From: an uncultured Enterobacteriaceae bacterium | Lineage (GTDB): Bacteria; Desulfobacterota; Binatia; Bin18 | DNA length: 64,000 nucleotides | NCBI GenBank assembly: GCA_964495015.1 | Contig: CAZBUD010000007.1 | Span: 21,462-85,461, forward strand | Direction of reading: 5' to 3' | Part shown: positions 18,817 through 26,996 of the stretch, piece after piece | How positions within the stretch are numbered: the stretch's first letter is position 1 | How the letters are laid out: every line of letters begins with the position of its first letter | Translations under genes and position numbers: made by a program | The notes under the pieces: generated by a model | Seen by the model: the letters and a program-made list of their open reading frames with translations, nothing else | What the model was told of the DNA's origin: nothing | The model's database searches: none

Positions 18817-20256
18817 GTGAAAATTATTACCCGCAGCTTCCTCTTCTTATCCTTGCTTGTTGCGGCATACGCCGGGACATACGCCTCTGTCCTGGCGCGT
18901 CACGAGCGGGCTGTCCATCTTGCAGCGCTCAAACAGGCAACGTTCTTCTCTCTGGCCGCGTCGGGGAACAAAGGGTCGCTTGAAACTGCGATGCAGATGT
19001 TCCATTCCGTTCGTACAATGCAGTTCCACGCAGAACCTCATTTTGCGGATTTCCTATGGCGGGATCGAGAAATTGAGATACCGAACGCGAGTGCCTTGGA
19101 AAGCTGGGCCGGTCGCTTCTTTCCCACGTGTAAGGACTCCCTATGCCAAGGTTTGTCTTTGCACGGACTGGATCTCCATGGCCTCAGTCTGAGCAAGGCG
19201 CAGTTGTCCCATGCTGATCTGAGCGAAGCAGATTTGCGTGGAAGTGATCTCTCCGAGGCGGATCTGAGCGAGGCAGATTTGCGCGGGGCGAAACTGACAC
19301 AGGCGCTGCTGACGGGCGCTCGCTTACGCTATGCAAACTTGACGAATGCCGAATTATCCAAGGCCGATCTGAAAAATGCAGACCTGTCTGACGCGGAGCT
19401 GCCAGGAGTGAATCTGCAACAAGTGAAACTACAATGGGCAAAGCTCAATCGGACGAATCTCTCCGAGGCGAACCTGGCCGAGGCCAATTTGTACGGGGCC
19501 GATCTGCGCGGAGCCAAGCTCGAAGGCGTGAGGCTACCTGGAGCAATCCTGGTCGGCGTAGATTTAATCGGTGCTGGCCTTGTCGAGGCTGACTTGCGTG
19601 GCGCGAACCTTGAAGATGCAGATCTCATTCAGGCCGAGCTGCGTGGGGCCATGCTGGCCGGAGCGAATCTTAAGGATGCTGATCTGCACCAAGCCAATTT
19701 GTTTCAAGCTGATCTGACCCAGACAAAACTGGGGAGCGCCGACCTGTTCCAAGCGAATTTGGTGGGAGCAAAATTGGCAGGCGCTGATCTCAATGGTGCA
19801 GATTTGGAGCACGCTGACTTCAGCGGAGCAAACCTAAAGGGCGCAGATTTGACTGGGGCCAACCTTGCCGGGGCCGAGTTGTCCGGCGCTGTCATTGATG
19901 AACACACCCGGCTCGATGAGAAATGGCGGCTGGTGTGGGACATTGTAAACGAGCAAGGTAAAGTTGTCAGACTGGCTGGAGTGAACTTGCGGGATGCTGC
20001 GCTGGCTGGGGTGATGTTGGAAGGGGCGAATCTGCAGGGCGCCGATCTGAGTGGGGCCAATCTGCGTTATGCTATCCTCAGCGGGGCGGACATGACCGAC
20101 ATCTCTCTGCAACGGGCGGATTTGCACGAAGCTGACCTGGAAGGGGCGAACCTGGCCGGCGCCGATTTAAGCGATGTTCAAGGGCTGACCAAAGGGCAGC
20201 TCGAATCAGCCAAGACCTATAAGGCCGCGAGGTTGCCTGACTATCTAAACTGGTAG
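18817..20256 (+). CDS. Membrane-anchored pentapeptide-repeat protein
   Basis: N-terminal TM (IITRSFLFLSLLVAAYAG), a ~110-aa unique domain, then two long blocks of A(D/N)LxX pentapeptides (ADLSEADLRGSDLSEADL...). GTG at 18817 or 18775. Confidence 0.9.
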   Translation: MKIITRSFLFLSLLVAAYAGTYASVLARHERAVHLAALKQATFFSLAASGNKGSLETAMQMFHSVRTMQFHAEPHFADFLWRDREIEIPNASALESWAGRFFPTCKDSLCQGLSLHGLDLHGLSLSKAQLSHADLSEADLRGSDLSEADLSEADLRGAKLTQALLTGARLRYANLTNAELSKADLKNADLSDAELPGVNLQQVKLQWAKLNRTNLSEANLAEANLYGADLRGAKLEGVRLPGAILVGVDLIGAGLVEADLRGANLEDADLIQAELRGAMLAGANLKDADLHQANLFQADLTQTKLGSADLFQANLVGAKLAGADLNGADLEHADFSGANLKGADLTGANLAGAELSGAVIDEHTRLDEKWRLVWDIVNEQGKVVRLAGVNLRDAALAGVMLEGANLQGADLSGANLRYAILSGADMTDISLQRADLHEADLEGANLAGADLSDVQGLTKGQLESAKTYKAARLPDYLNW

Positions 20257-20270
20257 AGTAGATCCTAGCG

Positions 20271-20298
20271 GCAGGGGCAATTCATGAATTGCCCCTGC
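20271..20298. terminator. Perfect 28-bp palindrome between convergent genes (bidirectional terminator candidate)
   Basis: GCAGGGGCAATTC-AT-GAATTGCCCCTGC, located between the stops at 20256 (+) and 20319 (-). Confidence 0.6.
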
Positions 20299-20318
20299 AA
20301 ATCAATCGCTCGAAGGGC

Positions 20319-21290
20319 TCACGCGAACTCCTTCAAAAAGCCTAACAATGCCTCATTTACTTCTTTGGGTCGTTCCATCTGCACCCAATGGCCGGCACCT
20401 TCGATATATACTTTTCCCCGTAAGTCGGTTGTAAAGTGATCCATGAGATCAACCCAACCGCCTCCACCAAAAGACAGGACCGGATCCTTCTTGCCGGCAA
20501 TAAAGATAGCCGGACGTTCGATTTTGACGTCCGCCAATTGTGGGGTGAGGTCGAGGTTGCGGTCGATATTGCGATACCAATTGATAGGGCCACGAAAACC
20601 ACTTTGCTCATACTGAGCGACGTAGTAATCCAGATCCTCTTCCGTGAGCCACGCGGGAAGAGTTTCAGGATCAGTCATACCGTCAAGAAAGTTTGCAGTT
20701 TTTGATTTCTGTATCTGCATAGCGTCTTCTGAAGCATTACCCGACACGGAGTAATACGTTGTGCGCAAGGTTTTTCGGATATCCTTTTCAAACTCTGCTT
20801 CTGCGACGCCAGGAGTTTGGAAGTAGACAATGTACCAGAATTTGTCACCAAAGTTTTCTTGCTTGGTCATCACGCCGGCCGGACCACGCACGTACGGGAC
20901 GCTGAGGCCAGCAACCGCTTTGACGCGATCAGCGTGGAGCAAGGATGTATGCCAGGCCACAGGTGCGCCCCAATCGTGGCCAACGACAAGAAATTTTTCA
21001 TGACCAAGGGCATCCGCGATACCAGCCACATCATTGCTAAGATCAACAATATTATATGCTTCTATAGCCTCCGGCTTATCGCTCCCACCGTAGCCGCGCT
21101 GGTCCGGGACCGCGACTTGAAACCCAACGTCAACCAACGGGTCGATTTGATGCCGCCACAGATACCAGCACTGTGGAAAGCCATGCAGAAGAATGACGAG
21201 CGGGCCGTTGCCTTCGACAACCGTACGTAAACGGATGCCATTAGTTTCAATCATCTGAAAATTTCGGTTTTGCATGGGTGTAATACTCAT
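20319..21290 (-). CDS. Alpha/beta hydrolase, epoxide-hydrolase-like
   Basis: HGFPQCWYLWRHQI and the nucleophile elbow GHDWGAPVAW. Confidence 0.9.
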   Translation of the reverse strand: MSITPMQNRNFQMIETNGIRLRTVVEGNGPLVILLHGFPQCWYLWRHQIDPLVDVGFQVAVPDQRGYGGSDKPEAIEAYNIVDLSNDVAGIADALGHEKFLVVGHDWGAPVAWHTSLLHADRVKAVAGLSVPYVRGPAGVMTKQENFGDKFWYIVYFQTPGVAEAEFEKDIRKTLRTTYYSVSGNASEDAMQIQKSKTANFLDGMTDPETLPAWLTEEDLDYYVAQYEQSGFRGPINWYRNIDRNLDLTPQLADVKIERPAIFIAGKKDPVLSFGGGGWVDLMDHFTTDLRGKVYIEGAGHWVQMERPKEVNEALLGFLKEFA

Positions 21291-21319
21291 GTCGCTTAGG
21301 ATGCCCCGCTCGTCTTCGT

Positions 21320-21421
21320 GTCATTCTGAGGAGCTATGCGACGAAGAAACTCTCCGTACGCTGCCTCTGATAGATTCTTCGGGGAATTTATCCTGAGTGT
21401 AGTCGAAGGGTTCAGAATGAC
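21320..21421. repeat. Palindromic MITE/REP-like element, copy A (GTCATTCTGA ... TCAGAATGAC termini)
   Basis: The left arm GTCATTCTGAGGAGCTATGCGACGAAGAAAC is near-identical (29/31) to the reverse complement of 49713-49743. The 10-bp terminal inverted repeats are perfect. Intergenic. Confidence 0.6.
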
Positions 21422-21426
21422 AGCTA

Positions 21427-21456
21427 CCTCGTATTCTGTTCTAACAGAATACGAGG
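21427..21456 (-). terminator. 12-bp perfect stem-loop 17 nt downstream of the LLM gene stop
   Basis: CCTCGTATTCTG-ttctaa-CAGAATACGAGG, with no clear U-tract. Confidence 0.35.
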
Positions 21457-21472
21457 AGTTGAGGCGCTCTGC

Positions 21473-22678
21473 TTACTTCGCGTTTCCCCGACCCTGGGCT
21501 GCATCGGCAATGGCGAGCCGGTAGCCGGTGTCCTTTTCGTAGCGATCAATTTCTTGGATCACGGCATTCATGGCGCCACCGATGAGGATGTCATGATCGT
21601 CGCGGCACCAGTCTCGCGAAGCCACGGCACGGTCGGCAGAGCCTTGGAAGTGCGGGAAGACTTCCTTGGCCAGCAGTTCGTAAGAATTCAGCGAGGCCTG
21701 TCGCTCGACCCAATCATTGGCCATGATCATGAAACAGCCAAATCCCCCCGCCTGCTTTTTGAGACGTTCGAGCTGCGTAATGGCATCGTCTGGCGTGCCT
21801 ATCACGGCGGTGCCAGAATCAACAAGCGCCTGGGGCCATTTACGCGGATCCGTTTCCTCTGGCGCGAGGGGCAGGGCAACGACATTCTGGAAGTAATCAA
21901 CCCAGTCATAAATGCCGTATTCGATTTCTTTGAACGCTTGTTCGCGTGTCGGAGCGATATGCATCGGGCCAACCAAGCGCCAGGCGGAACGGTCAACCGT
22001 ATGGCCGTGTTCTTGCGCTTGGTCGTTCCAGACCTTCCAGTGATCGCCAAGTACGGCAAAGCCACCCATGCTGGTAGCACCCAGCGAGAGCAGGCCCACG
22101 CCGTAACGCCCCGCTGTACGAGGTCCTGAGGGAGAAACCGTGGCGGCGACGGTAATCTCAAAATGGGGATACGTGTATGGACGGAGCTGGAGTCGCGCAT
22201 CTTTCAGCGTGAACCAGTCGGTTTCTATGCTGACCGGCTCCTCCGAGGTGAGGAGCTGCATGATCGCACCCAGAGACTCTTCCATGCGTATGCGCTGGCT
22301 GGCCGGATCTATGCCCATCATGTGGGCGTCGGACGGTAAGGCGCCTGGTCCGACGCCAAACATTGTGCGTCCGCGTGTCATATGGTCGAGCTGGACGATG
22401 CGGTCCGCCAGAATTAAGGGATGGTGGTAGGGCAGGGAGCTGACGCCTGTGCCTAAGCGGATGTGGCGCGTACGCTGGGCTGCCGCAGCAATAATAAGCT
22501 CAGGTGAAGCAATGATTTCCAAGCCGGCAGAGTGGTGTTCGCCGATCCAGGCTTCGTCATAACCCAGTTCATCTAAGCGGACTATCAGCTCGAGATCACG
22601 CTCAAGGGCGAGCGTCGGGTTTTGGCCCACAGGATGAAACGGAGCCATGAAAATACCAAACCGTAACGGGCGTTCCAT
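21473..22678 (-). CDS. LLM-class flavin-dependent monooxygenase/oxidoreductase
   Basis: MERPLRFGIFMAPFHP...LDELGYDEAWIGEHHS. ATG at 22678 is preceded by GGAGG. The maximal ORF starts at 22690. Confidence 0.9.
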   Translation of the reverse strand: MERPLRFGIFMAPFHPVGQNPTLALERDLELIVRLDELGYDEAWIGEHHSAGLEIIASPELIIAAAAQRTRHIRLGTGVSSLPYHHPLILADRIVQLDHMTRGRTMFGVGPGALPSDAHMMGIDPASQRIRMEESLGAIMQLLTSEEPVSIETDWFTLKDARLQLRPYTYPHFEITVAATVSPSGPRTAGRYGVGLLSLGATSMGGFAVLGDHWKVWNDQAQEHGHTVDRSAWRLVGPMHIAPTREQAFKEIEYGIYDWVDYFQNVVALPLAPEETDPRKWPQALVDSGTAVIGTPDDAITQLERLKKQAGGFGCFMIMANDWVERQASLNSYELLAKEVFPHFQGSADRAVASRDWCRDDHDILIGGAMNAVIQEIDRYEKDTGYRLAIADAAQGRGNAK

Positions 22679-22739
22679 AATGTCCTCCAATTCTTGTCGC
22701 GTAAAGTGAGCGACTAGCTGACCGTCCGGAACCTTAGGT

Positions 22740-23903
22740 CTATCCTAACGTGCCGTAAGTGGCTTTCTCAAACTGTTCGTATACGGGAATAGCTTTGATA
22801 TCAAAGAAAGGCAGAATTTGCATCATGATGACGCCCGCCACACGTTTGGTGGGATCAATCCAATAATACGAGTTAAAGATGCCGGCCCACCCCAGGCTCC
22901 CAGCAGAACGCGCTTCGGGAATGGCGCTGGTGTTGATAAGAAACCCTAAGCCGTGTTTATGCACAACACCGGGAAAGAATTGTACATCGTTAGAAAGAGG
23001 GGGAATAGCTGTTTTCATATCTCCTGCGGCAAGCTCTCCAATATGATTTTCCGCCATTAGAGAGACTGTTGCCGATTTGAGGATGTGCGCGCCATTATGG
23101 CTGCCGCCTTTGAGTATCATCTGCACGAAGGCGAGATAGTCTTTTACCGTAGAGTTGAGCCCATGGCCGCCGCTGTTGTATTCCGCATCGTCCGGAACCA
23201 GTTCAATCTCACTTGGTTTTAAGGTTCCGTCTTTGCCGCGCTGATGGATGCTCGCTGTGCGCGCATTTTGTTCTGTCGAACGCACAAAGCCGGTATCCGT
23301 CATGCAGAGCGGTTCAAAAATATGCTGCTTGAGATACGCGTCCAAGGTTTGGCCACTAGCTGCTTCAACCAATTGGCCGACCCAGTCGGTATTAATGCCG
23401 TATTCCCAACGTTCGCCGGGATCAAAGGCCAGCGGCATCTTGAGCGCAGCTTTCTTCCCGCTAGAAATGCCGGGCGTGAATGTCGCCTCTTGGTATTGGC
23501 CCAGAGATGGGTTCCAAATCTCATACCCAAAACCTGCGGTATGGGTAAGAATCTGTCGAGCCGTGACCGGTCGTGTTGCCGGTCGCAGTTTAGGTTTTCC
23601 ATCTGGATCGAAGCCTTCCAGGACTTCAAGGGCGGCTAGCTCGGGGACCACTTCTCCCAAAGGCTGGTCGAGTCCGAACTTGCCCTGCTCATGCAATTGC
23701 ATAGCCGCCGTAGACGTGACGGCCTTGGTCATGGACGCGATGCGAAAGACCGTGTCCAGAGTCATGGCAGGACCGTCGTTTAGTTTGCGCGTGCCAAACG
23801 CGCCTTCGTACACAAGACCCGAGTCCGTGGCAACCATGGCGACGACACCAGGAATGTCCCCGGACTCAACGGCTTGATTCAGGACGTTATCTATTTGCTG
23901 CAT
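22740..23903 (-). CDS. Serine hydrolase of the beta-lactamase/esterase (class C-like) family
   Basis: SxxK motif in FRIASMTKAVTS, 387 aa. Confidence 0.9.
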   Translation of the reverse strand: MQQIDNVLNQAVESGDIPGVVAMVATDSGLVYEGAFGTRKLNDGPAMTLDTVFRIASMTKAVTSTAAMQLHEQGKFGLDQPLGEVVPELAALEVLEGFDPDGKPKLRPATRPVTARQILTHTAGFGYEIWNPSLGQYQEATFTPGISSGKKAALKMPLAFDPGERWEYGINTDWVGQLVEAASGQTLDAYLKQHIFEPLCMTDTGFVRSTEQNARTASIHQRGKDGTLKPSEIELVPDDAEYNSGGHGLNSTVKDYLAFVQMILKGGSHNGAHILKSATVSLMAENHIGELAAGDMKTAIPPLSNDVQFFPGVVHKHGLGFLINTSAIPEARSAGSLGWAGIFNSYYWIDPTKRVAGVIMMQILPFFDIKAIPVYEQFEKATYGTLG

Positions 23904-23921
23904 GCTTAGGGCTTCCTTTCG

Positions 23922-24383
23922 TTACTCGGTAGCATCCGGGATTACTTTGACGGCAATCGTCTTACCCGATTCAACCCGGCCCACACGCGGCCTCGCGAAT
24001 CCAAACCATGCCAGCCAGTATTTCTTTTTGTAGGCTTCGCCCATGCGATCCACCATAGTCGAGTTGGTGAAAATTTCCGCTTTGCCGCCAAACATCGGCC
24101 CGTCTTTGCTGCCGACCCAAATGCGGACGGCATTGCGACCACTCTTGATCCTTTTGGCTTTATACGATGTTGGGCCGACGGTAAAATACACCACGTCATC
24201 GGCATACATAAACCAAATGGGGGCTGCAGTACTCCATTCGCCATTCTTGCGCTGGGTGGCAACATAGATTTCTTTTGCGGATTGGAGCTGGGTCTTGGCG
24301 TCGTTGCTGAGGGCGTGGGCGTTATGGGCCATACCCACGATGCAGAGCCCGGCAGTAATGAGCAGACCGACAAAGATATTCAT
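23922..24383 (-). CDS. Secreted split-barrel (pyridoxamine 5'-phosphate oxidase-like) family protein
   Basis: Signal peptide MNIFVGLLITAGLCIVGMAHNAHA. The pattern ..VATQRKNGEWSTAAPIWFMYADDVVYFTVGPTSYKAKRIK.. resembles the PNPOx/GSP26-like fold. ATG at 24383 follows GGAGG. Confidence 0.5.
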   Translation of the reverse strand: MNIFVGLLITAGLCIVGMAHNAHALSNDAKTQLQSAKEIYVATQRKNGEWSTAAPIWFMYADDVVYFTVGPTSYKAKRIKSGRNAVRIWVGSKDGPMFGGKAEIFTNSTMVDRMGEAYKKKYWLAWFGFARPRVGRVESGKTIAVKVIPDATE

Positions 24384-24432
24384 TGCTTCCTCCACGCTAG
24401 AGTTTTTTTCGTTATTGGATACTAGTTAACCT

Positions 24433-24861
24433 TCAATCCCCAGCCGTCACAATCCGAGCAACGCGCGACAGCGGGTGGCCCTTGGCATCTATCTGCAAGG
24501 TGTTGAACCAGCCAAACGGCGTGCGGGTGCTATCGAGTTTTGCTACGATCAGACATTGGTGTGTTCGATCTAAAATATCGATTGCATCTTGTGGCGAGCC
24601 GAGCGTGGCAAACAGATGCGCGAATGGGTGGAGCACGATGGTGGTGACTTTAAGCTGATTCGCCAGCTTGGCGATTTCGCCACTCGCGCGCCGCGCGACG
24701 CGGTCAGGATTCTCTTCATCGCCTTGTTCGACACTGGCCAGTACAACGAGTGCGTTGTCCACTTTCGTCACGGGATCGTCGTAGTCTTCGTAGACCGTGG
24801 AACGACCTTTTTTTGTGATGGTGCAGCAGAAGGCGTTGACGTGCAGGATGAGGAAACGCAT
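24433..24861 (-). CDS. Stand-alone archaeal-type threonyl-tRNA synthetase editing domain / DTD2-like protein (tRNA-Thr_ED-like)
   Basis: Similar by eye along its full length to the N-terminal editing domain of archaeal ThrRS: MRFLILH, ALVVLASVEQGDEENP, IVLHPFAHL, TPFGWFNTLQIDAKGHPLS. No synthetase core is attached. Confidence 0.75.
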   Translation of the reverse strand: MRFLILHVNAFCCTITKKGRSTVYEDYDDPVTKVDNALVVLASVEQGDEENPDRVARRASGEIAKLANQLKVTTIVLHPFAHLFATLGSPQDAIDILDRTHQCLIVAKLDSTRTPFGWFNTLQIDAKGHPLSRVARIVTAGD

Positions 24862-24927
24862 GGGGTCTATGTCTGATGTTCTGGGATGCGTAGGGCCGGC
24901 GGGCCTGTGGGCGGGATGACCTCGCCG

Positions 24928-25290
24928 CTACGATTTGTTTTTCTCAAAATTACGTAGAAACTCGATATTCAGCTCAAGCATCTCTCCCAGCCATAACGCC
25001 CGGCCGGTGTGATCCGCGACATCCTCACCAGCGCGGGGATGAATGAGGACGCTGAGTCCTGAATGATTCAACATCAACCAGGGTACGACCTTGTCAAACT
25101 GCTCTGGATTAAAGGCGACTTGATACATGGCCTGCGGGTGGGGGCCCACGGGCTCTTCTCGCCAACGGCCAAGCTCGACATCGAACTGATCGCCTAATGC
25201 TTCGCGAATACCCTCGGCCGTAGAACGGCTGGATTCATCGTAATATACATGGGCATGAAAGCCTTTAATCTCGCTGTTGTCTTGTTCCAT
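24928..25290 (-). CDS. DOPA 4,5-dioxygenase (DodA-like) family protein
   Basis: 120 aa with FHAHVYYDE...GPHP..MYQVAF.......V.WLMLN..GLSVLIHP, characteristic of the small DOPA-dioxygenase family. Confidence 0.8.
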   Translation of the reverse strand: MEQDNSEIKGFHAHVYYDESSRSTAEGIREALGDQFDVELGRWREEPVGPHPQAMYQVAFNPEQFDKVVPWLMLNHSGLSVLIHPRAGEDVADHTGRALWLGEMLELNIEFLRNFEKNKS

Positions 25291-25315
25291 ATGACCTCGT
25301 TGTTCTGCGTAACGT

Positions 25316-25936
25316 TCACTCTCGAACGCCGCGCGTGTTATCTCCTACCGATTCTCCCGGCTGTTGTTGCCACCCAAAGCCGACTTGTCGCCACAGATCT
25401 CGGTAGTCGTAGTCTGTATCGAGCGCCAGGTTGAGACGATTATACGAGGCAAAATCACTGACGAGATGGATGAGTTGCACGACGCCTTTGTCGGTCAGCC
25501 CGACTTCTCGGAGTTGGGCAACGTCTTTGTCCGTCACATCCTTGGGGCTGAGGTTCACCTTGAGGGCGAACTCGACAAAGGTTTTTAGGCGTGGGTCCGA
25601 GAGAGCCGCCGTCCCTTCTTCAAGGAATTGTTTGGTATATTCTTCGTCGGTCTGTAGGCCGTAGTTCAGAATCGTGCAGAATGCGGCCGTACAGTACGGA
25701 CAGCCGTTGGCTTTGGAAACGGCAATGCCGACGTGCTGGATCTCGGGCATAGAGAGTTCCCCCAGCTGCCACAGGACTTTGGTTGTTCCCAACTTGGCCT
25801 TCAGCAATTCGGGGAAATTCATCTCTATATAGAAATGATTCGGTACCTCGCCTTCCATATCGGTCACCCAACTGAAGATCTCTCGGATGAGCGGATCGTC
25901 AAGCGTCTCTGGTTTTTTGATTGCTAAGCGCGCCAT
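25316..25936 (-). CDS. Carboxymuconolactone decarboxylase (AhpD-like) family protein
   Basis: AhpD-like CxxC within VSKANGCPYCTAAFCTIL. Confidence 0.85.
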   Translation of the reverse strand: MARLAIKKPETLDDPLIREIFSWVTDMEGEVPNHFYIEMNFPELLKAKLGTTKVLWQLGELSMPEIQHVGIAVSKANGCPYCTAAFCTILNYGLQTDEEYTKQFLEEGTAALSDPRLKTFVEFALKVNLSPKDVTDKDVAQLREVGLTDKGVVQLIHLVSDFASYNRLNLALDTDYDYRDLWRQVGFGWQQQPGESVGDNTRGVRE

Positions 25937-25969
25937 AGTGCTCTCCCTGCTTGTACTGTCGGACTGATA

Positions 25970-26987
25970 TTACAGCCGTACCCAGTTCGGGCCGTCGTCT
26001 GTTGTTTTGAACAGACCACTATAGATGCCCACATACAAAGTCTGCGGATTATGTGGATCTAAAGCAAGCACCTCAACGTTTGTATCAGGCAGGCCGGTAT
26101 TACTGGCTGTCCAGCTCGCGCCCGCCGTTGTCGTTCTGAAGACGCCTTGATCAGTCCCGGCATATAACGTCTTCGGCTCAGTTGGATCAACGTTGAGTGA
26201 TCCAACAACGGCTCCGGCTGGAATCATGGTATTTGCAGCCGGCCAGCGCGTCCCCGCGTCGTGGCGGTTAAAGATGCTGGCGCCGGTCGCGGCATACAGT
26301 AGTGCCGGATTGGTGGGATCGACCGTCAACGCAGGGATAAACATATCCAGCAAGCCCGTGCTCTTTGGGGTCCTGGACTGCCGGGCATTCGTACTCTGGA
26401 ACACTCCATTCTTTAAGGTGCCGATATAGAGCGTCAGGGGTTGTGTCGGCACGCTGGCCACCGCGTTAATTTTTTCCCGCCAGACCGGTATTACGAGCGC
26501 CCCACTGCCTGCCTCGATTCGTGCTTTCGAATATGCCGTCCCCGCTGGCAGCATACACATGGACTGATTGTTTAGGATTCAGAGCAAAAAGATATGGATG
26601 CGTATTCGGAGGAAGGCTGGTGTCCGCAGGGGCCCAATTTTCTCCGCTTGTAGTACTCTTGAACAGCCCGCCGTACGCCTCCGCATATAAAATGCTGGTA
26701 TCGGGAGGGTCAATTGCAACGGCTTCAATGTTTCGATCCGTCAAGCCCTTTTTCAACGCACGCCAGGTTTTCCCACCGTCCGAACATGTAAAAATGCCAT
26801 CGCATGTTGCGGCGTACAGGGTATTAGGGGCACTGGGATTAAACGCAAAGCCGAGTTTAGATACGTCTCCGAGCTTTCTGGGGACCGTGGTCTGCGCATC
26901 CAAAAGGGGCGTATAGCCAAAGTGGATTGGGTGAATTGCTACTGCCATGAGAAGACAGAATCCGCGACAGAGACGTACAGGCCACAT
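25970..26987 (-). pseudogene. Secreted BNR/Ycf48-like beta-propeller protein split by a frameshift at an A6 run
   Basis: Both ORFs (26466-26987 and 25970-26560) carry repeats of the type GIF.S.DGG.TW / GVFRTTTAGASW. Removing one A from GGGAAAAAATT (26468-26475 region) joins ..NTGLAGK|INAVASVPTQPLTLY.. in one frame. Signal peptide at the 26987 end. Confidence 0.7.
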
Positions 26988-26996
26988 ACTGGCGGC

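Noticed and set aside
19150-20200. Strong short-period DNA periodicity that could be mistaken for a CRISPR or tandem-repeat array
   Set aside because: The 15-nt periodicity is the coding signature of pentapeptide repeats (A-D/N-L-x-x) in one long ORF. It has no repeat-spacer structure.
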